The position numbers and the translations under genes are program-made. This document shows, piece after piece, positions 13,005 to 23,062 of a stretch of 64,000 bases of DNA (position 1 is the first letter of the stretch; every line of letters starts with the position of its first letter). The stretch covers positions 2,178,025 through 2,242,024 of the forward strand of contig CAJINV010000011.1 of assembly GCA_905178155.1 (NCBI GenBank). Reading direction: 5' to 3'. The notes under the pieces were generated by a model, which had not been told where the DNA came from, did no database searches, and saw only the letters and a program-made list of their open reading frames with translations. This stretch comes from Amoebophrya sp. A120. Taxonomy: Eukaryota; Protista; Dinoflagellata.

Positions 13005-16000
13005 ATGCGGCCTACCGGTCAGAAGCAGAAGTGGTCTCCCGTAGAATACGGTTGTGAAACCAGTGTCTGCATCTCCTTCATAAAGATGGTTATAATCTTC
13101 GGAAAGGGCCGGCGTACCTGCCGAGATGAAATGCCGCGACACGACGACACGGGCGCTTCTGTTACACGACGTTGTCCAGCAGAGGTGCTGGAACAACGAG
13201 GCAATGCTAATGACATCCACCCGAGTAGTGCAACTACAACTACAAGTTCGAGGGAGAATCTGATAAAGCAGGAAAGTCGGGAAGGTAACGCTCCGCTTGC
13301 AGGAGCATTGATAACGCTGCACAACTCCATGAAGATGATCATACCCGGTAGTGGAGGTACTACAGCCAGAGCGTTTAGGACGTCAGGAGCCAACATCAAG
13401 AAAAGCACCACATCAAAGAATAAGTCGGCCCAACTACAAGTAGAACGCAAGGAAACTACTACTGCAAGGAACGCCACGGGTGCGACGTCCGCATTTTCAT
13501 CGTGCAGAAATGCAAGATTATCGACTTATTTTCGACTTGCGACACGGAATTCTAAACGAGCTTTTTCACCATGGAACGGCTTCAGGTCGTCAACATCGTC
13601 TCCCGCAATGAAGAACCACATCGGTGCTCCTGCGCGGCAACACTACTTCCTCCTGTGGATTTGTGGGCTGGTACTGTTGGTGCAGCACCTTGCCGGAATG
13701 ATTTTGCTGTCGCGTGTGTGCGAGCAGGAGCAACAGGTAGAAATAAATCTCTCTCCTCCACAACAACTACAACGCACCGGCTCGAGGACATCGCATGATC
13801 TACTCCGGGAAGATGATGATGATGAAAACACCACAATGTGGTTCATTTTTGTCCGGGCGGTACGACAAGACCCGCCTAACATCAATCATCAGAGCGTTGT
13901 CGAGGCCGGTGGGGGCGTCCTCGTCGCGGAGGAGCAAAGCGCAGCAGCAGAAGGAGAGGAATCTTCACCCGCTTTTTATGACCAGATCGCGGAAGATCAG
14001 AGGTTCTCACCAGTGTCAACAACATCGCCGTCTGTTTATTCGGTTAACACCTTGACGCACGAGGTCGACGAGACAGATCAAGATGTGCTCGTGGGCGGAG
14101 GTGGGGAAAAAATTACAGTACTCGCCAGCAGCAGCAGTGTTCTGCAGGAAGAGAGAACCTCCAAACCGGAGTCAACAACATCTCCACAATACGAACAGCA
14201 AAAATGTCTGGGTCTGGAAGGATATAACCTGTCATGCTAATTCTGGATACTTAGTGCAAAAATCTGTGTTGCGTGATTACCAAAAGCTGCCTACTTGTTT
14301 TGACCAAGTTGAGAGGCAATTTCTCATGCAGGCGAGGCATGATAGAGGTCGCGCAGAATCTGTCATGCTAGATCATGCATGACAGACCTCATGCGTCTTG
14401 GAAAACCTGCATGACAAGTCTTGCAACCCTTCAGACCCAAACATTTTTGCAATTCATACACAACTACATGAAGAGGACGAAGTTCATCTTCTGTCGCCCA
14501 GCGGGACGAGAACTGATGCAACGAAGAACTTGGAAAAGGTCCACGAAGATGACCTCGGATCTTCAACTGCTGCTGGCGCAGGAGCCCAGAATGCGACAGT
14601 AGTGCAGATCATCTCGCCCCTCTTCCAGAATGGTGTCACGTCCATGCTACAGCTGATAGAGGAAGGTCCAGTCTTCTTCCCAGGGGCTGCGGAGGGAAAA
14701 TCTATCCTGGAATTGATGCAGCAGCCACCGGGTACCACAAAGAACAAGCAAAAGCGTACAAATACTCCCAAAAAAAGTCACCGGAATAGTAAAAGAGAAG
14801 AGAAGAAACGGGCGCAGCATCATCATCACCATCATCATCATCATCATAAATCGCAAACAGAAGGAGCATCTACATCTGGGACAGCGATGGAGACAAGTAC
14901 AAAGGACACAAGCCAGTCCCCCGAACAAAAACCGGAGGGAGACATCAAAGCGGACCAGCAGGGGGGAAGGGAGAGCGGAGAAGAAGTGTATCTTAGACAA
15001 AAACGTCCCCGCGTTATAGTCAAAATAAGGAATCTGCTAGTACACACATTGACTCAACACAAGATTTGGCAGCTGTCGCGCATGACAAGTTTTGGCACGT
15101 AGTGTAGTTGTCCTGTTTAGCTCTGGCGCAGCCGCATGACAAATCGACTACTTTATGCCGTCGATTCCAGCATGACAACCTCTCCAATAGCATGAAAAAA
15201 TGGTCCTCGTGGGGGTGCGCATGAGAAACGTTTCAGGCTTGCAGATTTGCATGACAAGTCTCCGCAGGTGGGGACGTTTTATTTTGCACAGGATAAAGCG
15301 AACAAAGACAAACCGGAGGAGAACGGCGCGGACAACGTTCACCATGACGGGCACGCTGAATCCTTTGTACCAAATGTAAAAATGTCTGGGTCTGGAAGAA
15401 TTCATGTTTGTCATGCTTGTCTGGCATGACTCTTAAATCTGTCATGCACGTTTCCCAAGAGCTCCGCTTTTCTGTGGTGCAGCGGCGCAGTTTGTCATGC
15501 AGAATAGGCAACACCTAGGAGCTCAGAAACTTGTCATGCTGAGCCAGCATTTGTAGCCTCATCATGAGACGCCACCCAGCATCACAAGTTCCCAGACCCA
15601 GACATTTTTACATTTGATCCTTTGCGGTCACGTACGAAAAGCTGCAGAAAGGGTGCTTATTGAGAGGAAAAATCCCCCCTCCCCATATTGAAAGAGTTTG
15701 TTTCCAAAGATTTGTGTTGCGGATTTGAGGTCACAAATCACATCTGTCTTGCAAGAAGACAAGGGCAGAAGCTTCCGCCCCATTATGGAGGCGGTTTGTC
15801 ATGCTGTTGGGCCTAAAGGGTGGCCGTTTGCCATGCTGAACTACTAGACCCATACGCCCCTACCTAGCCTGGGGATCTGGCCGCAGTGCCTCTCTGCAAT
15901 ACAAAGCTGATTTGTGGTCACGAATCTGCATCACAAATTTCCGTTTTGATATGGGGAGGGGGGATTTTTCATTTTGATAGTGCTACACGATAAACGATGA

Positions 16001-19000
16001 CGTAGGACGCCTCTCTCGAGCCCGGGAAATGATCGCGACCGCACGCGTATGCATTGCAAATATGATGTCTGGGTGTCTGAAAAATTGGAACTTGTTTTGC
16101 ATGTTTTGCATGGCTGACAAATCTGCATTGCACAGCCAGCAAAGGCGCCACTTTTTCGTCATGCAAAAACTCAGTTTGTCATGCGTGCTATGCATCAGAC
16201 TGCGTCACGTAAAAAACCCGTCGTGTTTATTGGCTGCGCCTGCACTTCAGAGCGCCAGACTTATCCATGCTTTAGCATCAGAAGTTTCCTCCAAAGGACC
16301 CAGATCGATGTTTGCACTGCATAACGCGTGCGAGTGTCCGCGGCGAGCGACTGCGAGGAAGGCAAGGATTGTATGGAGGGAATGGGTGAAAATCTTACGT
16401 GCAATTGGGTGTTTGACAACATTGCGTGGACCAATCACCACAATTGGGAGAAGTGTGCGAAGCTGTCCGATCGGGTTTCGCACGAGATCGGGTGCGAGCC
16501 CGTGCCCGCCGGAAAAGGCGCCATTACCCGGCCGGGGTTCATCCGTCTGCCCGTGCACGCGCTGAACTTCGGGGGACTGGTGCGGGACCTGATGAAGCCG
16601 CTCCTGGCGATATTACAGTTAAAGATGCCCCCACCCCCACAGTTGCAAAAATTTGTGATGCGAAGTTCCCAAAGGTAAACTTTTTGTCATGCGTGAAAGG
16701 AGTATGAATCTTTCTGATGCAGCAGGGTCTAGGCGTATATCGCAACGCTTGCATGACGAGCGCCGCTCGTGCTGGGATCTTTTGCAATGCAAATTTTTGC
16801 TATTCGCGATTGGAAATCGATGCAAGAGGGCGAATGTTTCTTTTGGAAAGGTTTGCAATACAAATGCTCCCGAGTTCGGGAAAGGGGGCATTTTTGATTG
16901 TAATAGGCGAGAATGGGCGCGGCGATGTCCGAGGGCAGCAGCAGCAGCGCTTCCTCCTTCGTGGCAGTCACGCAGGGAGAGCAGATGCAGCAGGGCGAGA
17001 AAAAATTTGTCGGGTGGGTGACCGAAAAGTGGCGCAACGCGACCAGTTCGGTGGGCTTTTCGTGGTATCCCTCCTCGATCTGGAGAGCGGCGGCCGAGTT
17101 TTTTTCAAGACAAACGAAGCGAGTGCTGCACCCCATCGAGCACATCAAAGACGAAATGGGCAACTTTTTCAACCAGCGCATCCCGCCGTTAATTTCAGCG
17201 TTGCTGTCTTCCCATCTGGTGATGTTCATTGACATGTTGGACGTGGACGGCAGCGGCGAAGTGTGCCCGAACGAGATCAGTCAGATATCAAAACGAAAAA
17301 TCCCCCCTCCCCATATCAAAAAGGAAATTTGTGATGCTGATTTGTGACCACAAATCTACTTGTATTGCTAGAAGGCCAAAAGACGCGGCTGTTCCTTCGT
17401 TTGCAGGAAATTTGTCATGCTGTTTCCCCCTTTCCAGTTGCTTCCTGTCATGCTGAAGACGCAAAGTTTTCCCACGCCAGCCAGCACTAAAATCTGGATC
17501 TCTTCCCTTCTAGCATGACAACGTGATTGGTGATCACAAATCATGCTATACAAATCTCCCTTTGAGTATGGGGTGGGGGGATTTTTCATTGTAATATCAG
17601 AAGGTCCTGGAAGAGTTCGAGGCCCGCGTGATCGACCCGCTGGTGGAGGCGTTCGGGGTACCAAATGTAAAAATGTCTGGGTCTGGAAGAGTGCCATTTT
17701 TAGCATGCATATTTTGCATGACACATTATGCCTGTAATGCATGGCCTAGCATCAGAGATCTTGAGAGGGCTTTCTGGTGCGTATTCCGCATGAGAAATGC
17801 CCTCTCGCCGTGGCAAAAACTGGGCCTCTTTTGCTGTTCATGCAATACAGATTTTTGTAACATCCAAATGCAGCATCACAAGTTGCATTCTTCCAGACCC
17901 AGACATTTTTGCATTTGATACGGGGCCGTGAAACTGGGGCCGCTTCCCGTCGGCGAACTAGTGGCGTCCCCCCTGCGTCGCTTGTGGAACGTGGCCGCGA
18001 GCCAGTTTGCGGTGTTCTTGGACACCCGCCTGGGCTACGTGTTGAACGAAGTCTCGCGCACGCTCGTCTTCTCCCTGGATCATGCCAAAAAAACTGGGAC
18101 GAGCGCGGTGGCAGAACTGGAAGCGGGCACAACGGATATCATGCAGCTTATGGATGTGTCAGGATCGAAATCGTCAGAGTTGAAATAGTTTGTCATGCAT
18201 AATATGCAACGCAGAAATTGCCTCTCTTGCAGAGGACGCAAGGGAGGCAGATTGTAGTACTGGTTAGGGTCGAGAATTGGGCTGCTGATTAGCATCACAG
18301 AGGGGAGCCCCTTTGCCCTAAACAGCATGACAAATAATTGGCCTCCCGTACGGACAAAATTTGTCATGCACCGACTACAAACTGTAGGTCTAAGTGGTAT
18401 CCGTTGTATGCATCACAAATCATTTCAACTTTGACGATTTCAATCCTGACAGTTCCATAGAGCTCGTGCTCTTCGAGCTGCTTTTCCCGGACGCGGTGCA
18501 CGGCAAGGAGGACGGGGGGAAGGCCGCGCTGGGACGGTTTCGCGATGGAACGCAGAAAATGTGGTGCATGACCACGCCGGCCGCGCTCATAGACAGAGCA
18601 AAGGACCTGGCTGCGAGCGCCAAGAAGATTCTGCGCACGCCGCTCAGCGAGCGGAAACTGGTGAAAAAGATGGATCCGCGGGTGTACGAAAAGATGGCTA
18701 AGATGGAGAGCACCGAGCTGTACGCGGTGATGATGCGAGTGAGAACGGTGCTGCGCCGCGCGATTGCCAACCCGAAACTGCTCACCGAGCTGCAGGAACT
18801 CGTGAAGGCGTCCTTTCACCGGGAGCAGGAGAAGGTCAAGGAGAGGGACAAAGCGGTCACGGTGCTGCAAATCGGCGACGAAGTGGTAGCGGGAAATATG
18901 TTGATGAAAGCAGGTACGAACGCTGCTGCTCTCTTTAATACTGGTCGTACTACAGGGGAGCAGCAGGTGGGGGTGAACCTCGGTGGCTGGTGGACGAGCA

Positions 19001-22000
19001 GCACACCAGCAGCAGAGGAGGAGCCAGAAGGCGAAGAACATGCTGTTGGTTTATCGACGCTGGAGCTGTTTGAAGATGCGACAGCACCCGCTGCGCCGGG
19101 TGTTGTGCCGGAATTTGTCACGGCCTATGACAAGCTGAAGCAATCCTGTTACAGTGTGGACGACGACGATCGGGTGGGGCGCGTGAAGCAGCTCCTGGCC
19201 ACGGCGGAAGCGGCGCACTCGATCAAGGAGGGCATGCAAAAGGGCGAGGGGGGTGAGATGAAGCAGTGCGAGTGGGTGTTCGACAACGAAGCGTGGACAG
19301 TGGGGGATAACTTTGACGAGTGCGCAGAGTTGTCGGAACAGATCTCGGAAGCGCTCGGCTGCCCCCGACTGGCAGCGAAAGCGGAAATTATCGCAAACTC
19401 TGGCTTCATCCGCATGCCGGTGCTGGAGCTGAATTTCGCAGGTCTTGTCAACGACGTGCTGACGCCACTGTACATATCCCATAGAAAAAAGCAGGCAGGT
19501 CATGTTTGTCATGCAAAATAGATACGCAGAAAAAATTTTTCTGCGTATCTATTTTTTCATAAATCTGGGGCTACTACATAAATCTGGGGCCGCCCATGAC
19601 AGATTTTTCAAAAATCTGTCATGGGCGGCCCCGTAGCGTTCTGTCTAGGATGCGCAATACAGATGTTTTATTTTTGCATTACAAATGATATGACCTACCT
19701 GCTTTTTTCGGTGGGATAGTACAAGTCGGTGAAAAAGAAGATTTACCAGGGCGCGGGGGAGCTGCTGAAGGTGGCGGAAACGTTTTTTGTGCGCAACGTC
19801 CCGCGCCTCGTGTCCGCACTTATGTCCTCGCACCTGGCGCTCTTCATCAGTCTGCTGGACGCGGACGAGAGCGGGGAGGTCTGCCCTAACGTATCAACTG
19901 CAAATATGTCTGGGTCTGGAAGAACGCCAGACTTGTCATGCAGGTTTTCCATGACCCATGAGGTCTGGTATGTAGGACCTAGCGTGACAGCTTTTGAGAT
20001 AGTTCTATGATGCCTATTCTGCATGAGAAACTGTGTCTCGATTAGGTCACACGTGGACAGCTTTTGGTAATCATGCAACACAGATTTTTACATGATTCAG
20101 ATTTAGCATGACAACTTCCAACCTCCGAGACCCAGACATATTTGCAATGCATACAACGAGGTGAGCGACAAGATCATCGAGGAGTTCGAGAAGCGTGTTA
20201 TCCTGTGTGAAAACGTCCCCATCCCATAGTAAAGATAGGAAAGGTGCTGGACAAATCCGCCAGCTTAGGGTGTTGCGCATGACAAGTCTGGGCTCGGAAT
20301 GTGCAACTAGTCGCATTTAGCTAGTGCAGCAGCATCACAAATTTAGTGTCCCATGCTGATCATAGCATTACGGCACTACGTAAAAAATGCCTCTCATGGG
20401 GCTCCGCATGAGAAACATTTTCAGCATGCAAATTTGCATATACAACTATGGGTTGGGGGGGTTTTAAACAGGACGCGCGTGATCACCCCCCTCCTGGCGT
20501 TGTTTTCCGGGATCAGCCTGGGGGGGATCGCTATCGGCGAGCTCGTTGTGGCGCCCCTGCGGTCCTTTTGGAAAGTCGCCGCCTCGGATATTACAATGAA
20601 AAATGCCCTCGCCCCAGAGCCAGAACTTGGGAGCATTTGTGTTGCAAGCCTTTATTCCAATGGAAACACTCGCCGTCTATTGCATGTATCAGCATCACAG
20701 ATTTTCAATTGTGAATTATTGAAAAAATCTGTATTGCAAAAGATCCCAGCTGGAAGAGCGGCGCTATCATGCAAGCGATGCTGTATCCTCCTACGACTAG
20801 ACTCTGCATTAGAAAGATTCACAGTCTTTTCATGCAAGACAAAAAGTTTTGATTTGGAAGCTTCGCATCACAAATTATTGCGGTGAGGTGCCCTTACAGG
20901 TTGTGTAGTGGTTTCGGTCAGTTTAGTATCACAAATTATTGCAACTTTCTGGGTGGGGGCGTTTTTCACTGTGATATCGGAGTTTGGCGTGTTTTTGGAC
21001 ATCCGGCTGGCGGACCTGATGAACGATGTGGCGTACGCGATTCTGGTCTCGTACAATCCTATGCACAGCGTGCAGCTGAAGCTGCAGGATCGTGGGCAAC
21101 TGAATCTCCACTTGCCGACGAAAATGGACGCGGATAGTCGTGCCGTGCGGTTGGTTATCCAGAGAAAAAAGTGTTACAGTTACACATTGTATTGCAAGAC
21201 CGGCAACACAGACAACCTTTCTCATGCAGGAAATCCTTAGGAGCCTCGTTTCCTTCCTGTTTAGCCTTATGATCTTCGCATTACAAGTTTTCTCTGACAC
21301 ACAGAGAAAATTTGTGATGCAGAAACTCCAACAAATGTGTAACTGTATACACTTTTTTCTCGTGATATTGGTGCTCCTGGAACTTTTGTTCCCGGATCAC
21401 ATTCGCGGCAAAGATTCCGACGCGCGCATGAAGGTGCTGAAGAGCTTTGAGGATCCGAGGAAAGGGACGAAAATGTGGTGTATGCCGACACCGACGGCGA
21501 TCGCCCAAAGTGGGAAGAAATTGATAGAGGACGTCAAGTATCATTCTGCAAAATGTATATAGTGTAATATCGTAGCAAGCATGTATAGTACAAATGTAAT
21601 TGTAAGAAAGTACAGCATGACATTACAGCATTACAAATTTTTCGGTGTCTCGTAGATGCATTGATTTCAACGACGATAAAATCCATTTTGCGGTGCATAT
21701 CAAGGAGAAACTGGAGCACCCGGAAGAAATTACCGACGTGGAAAGAAAATTTCAGGAGAAGCTGCAATTCGTGCCCAATTACCTCTTCAAAGTGCTTGGC
21801 CAAGTGACCGCAACGATCCGGGAAAAGGTCGCCAGTGCGGAAAACCGCGCTCATATCCTGAGCAAAAGCGTCGCCATCCGACAGTTGAGATGGCGACATT
21901 GGTACAGAAAGCAGCAAGCTTTGGCTGTTGTTGCGCATGACAAGCTTGGGTTCGTAGAAGTGTACTTAGTCCTGTTTATTAGCTATTGGATCCGACTGAG

Positions 22001-22250
22001 AAATCGACTACCTTATCCTTATTCCAGAACGACTACAAATCCCTAATCAGCATTACAACATGCTCCTCAACATGGTGTTCTTGCGCATGAGAAACATGGT
22101 AGGCGTGCTACTTTGCATGACATCGATCTCTGCTGCTCTGGGGTCGACGTGGGGACGTTTTTGCTCTTGATCGCGGAGCTGAAGTGGATGCTGCGGAATG
22201 CGCTGAGCGCGGCAAACCCTAACATGGGGAAGAGCACGGATGAGGATTGA
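13005..22250 (+). CDS. Large membrane/secreted protein (~1576 aa) with two internal repeat modules, each with an EF-hand loop; 16 introners
   Basis: Removing 16 elements plus one DR each (4515 nt) leaves 4731 nt, i.e. 1577 codons ending TGA 22248-22250. Hydrophobic segment YFLLWICGLVLLVQHLAGMILL; His10 tract 14818-14847; EF-hand loops DVDGSGEVCPNE and DADESGEVCPNE; repeated blocks CxWVFDNxAW, GFIRxPVxxLNFxGLV, SALxSSHL, ELLFPD and KMWCM. True start may be ATG 13608. Confidence 0.85.
14190..14458. mobile_element. Introner/MITE family A (269 bp)
   Basis: DR CACAA; removal gives TSPQ-LHEEDE. Confidence 0.92.
14989..15295. mobile_element. Introner/MITE family B2 (307 bp)
   Basis: TIR tatcttagacaaaaacgtcccc / ggggacgttttattttgcacaggata; imperfect DR AAGTG/AAGCG; removal gives GEE(V/A)-NKDKP. 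Confidence 0.88.
15368..15619. mobile_element. Introner/MITE family A (252 bp)
   Basis: DR CTTTG; ends tac.../...tttgatc; removal gives ESF-AVTYEKL. Confidence 0.92.
15658..15979. mobile_element. Introner/MITE family C (322 bp)
   Basis: DR GTGCT; removal gives QKGC-YTINDD. Confidence 0.92.
16048..16323. mobile_element. Introner/MITE family A, diverged (276 bp)
   Basis: tatgcattgcaaa...tttgcactgcata; DR ACGCG; removal gives ATAR-VRVSAA. Confidence 0.88.
16611..16905. mobile_element. Introner/MITE family E (295 bp)
   Basis: TIR tattacagttaaagatgccccc / gggggcatttttgattgtaata; DR GGCGA; removal gives PLLA-RMGAAM. Confidence 0.92.
17286..17596. mobile_element. Introner/MITE family C (311 bp)
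   Basis: DR TCAGA; removal gives NEISQ-KVLEEF. Confidence 0.92.
17659..17920. mobile_element. Introner/MITE family A (262 bp)
   Basis: DR CGGGG; removal gives EAFG-AVKLGP. Confidence 0.94.
18149..18459. mobile_element. Introner/MITE family D (311 bp)
   Basis: Imperfect DR CAGCT/GAGCT; removal gives IM(Q/E)L-VLFELLFPD. Confidence 0.9.
19475..19718. mobile_element. Introner/MITE family F (244 bp) with two internal perfect hairpins
   Basis: TIR tatcccatagaaaaaagcaggcaggtcat / atgacctacctgcttttttcggtgggata; DR GTACA; removal gives TPLY-KSVKKK. Confidence 0.92.
19892..20153. mobile_element. Introner/MITE family A (262 bp), inside the second EF-hand loop
   Basis: DR TAACG/CAACG (synonymous); removal gives VCPN-EVSDK. 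Confidence 0.92.
20199..20475. mobile_element. Introner/MITE family B2 (277 bp)
   Basis: Right end degenerate (caggacg); DR CGTGT/CGCGT (synonymous); removal gives EKRV-ITPLL. Confidence 0.87.
20589..20976. mobile_element. Introner/MITE family E, opposite orientation, with internal insertion (388 bp)
   Basis: DR TCGGA; removal gives VAAS-EFGVFLD. Confidence 0.9.
21156..21367. mobile_element. Introner/MITE family G (212 bp)
   Basis: TIR tatccagagaaaaaagtgttacagttacacatt / aatgtgtaactgtatacacttttttctcgtgata; DR TTGGT; removal gives RLV-LLELLFPD. Confidence 0.92.
21539..21666. mobile_element. Decayed introner (128 bp), possibly now a GT-AG intron (21538-21655)
   Basis: tatca...ttgatt ends, DR TCAAG/TCAAC and residual gcatgaca/gcattacaaa motifs; both removal modes are in frame. 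Confidence 0.65.
21854..22172. mobile_element. Introner/MITE family B2 (319 bp)
   Basis: TIR tatcctgagcaaaagcgtc / ggggacgtttttgctcttgatc; DR GCTCA/GCGGA (3/5); removal gives NRA(E/Q)-LKWMLR...DED*. Confidence 0.82.
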
Positions 22251-23062
22251 GTTGGACCTGATGATATATTCAAAAAATGTCGTGGTCGAATGCAAGGAAA
22301 TGTGCCGATGAAAACACACGACGAGTCGCAATTTATAGAAATTTGGTGATTATGGCGGATTTCTAATTTTCAAGCGTAAAAGTAAAACGAAAATTCCGAC
22401 GAAGTCTTCGAGGCTGTTAGTTTATCTAGATAGCTCGTCCACGACTGACAACGCAGTAGTCTTGATTAGGAGAGACTTCTGAGCTTATAGTATCACACTA
22501 AATCGTAATCGACAATGATCGAGGTGATATCAAGGATGTGAATCTGATTATATGTTTCATCCGCCAAAATAGAAATTGTCAGGAAAGAAAACCAGAAAGA
22601 TCGACGAGTCAACATCTTCCATCCCCCCCATCTCGTTTTATTTCCGTGTGGAAAAATTATGCCGAAAATGTTGTTCCCGTGCGGGTGCGCGTGCATCACT
22701 CAAAAAAGTTGTTCACATATACTGAATCAATCAGCATAAAGCTACAAGCTCTTGTGCGGATCAGCTATGGACGGAAAGGTAAAGAAGTGATCAGTTCTCA
22801 TCTTCAAGAATTTTTGCAATAGCAGCTACATCGATCGAATCTTTTTTACGTATTGATGACATGCCTTGTTTCATTTTCATGTACTTGCTTGTTCACAGGC
22901 GGCATCTAACTCGGGACATAGAAAATAAATTAATACACACATTGTAGTTTCACCTAACAGACATAGGCGAGACCTTGTTTGGCGACATTTTTGTATTGTA
23001 CCGCGGTGGCAGTTAATATTTCCTTTTTTTTGTCGTCCTTATGTCCCACGATTTACTTCCCT

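Noticed and set aside
13005-22250. Pseudogene destroyed by transposon insertions
   Set aside because: No stops or frameshifts remain after removing element + one DR at all 16 sites, and the motifs are intact.
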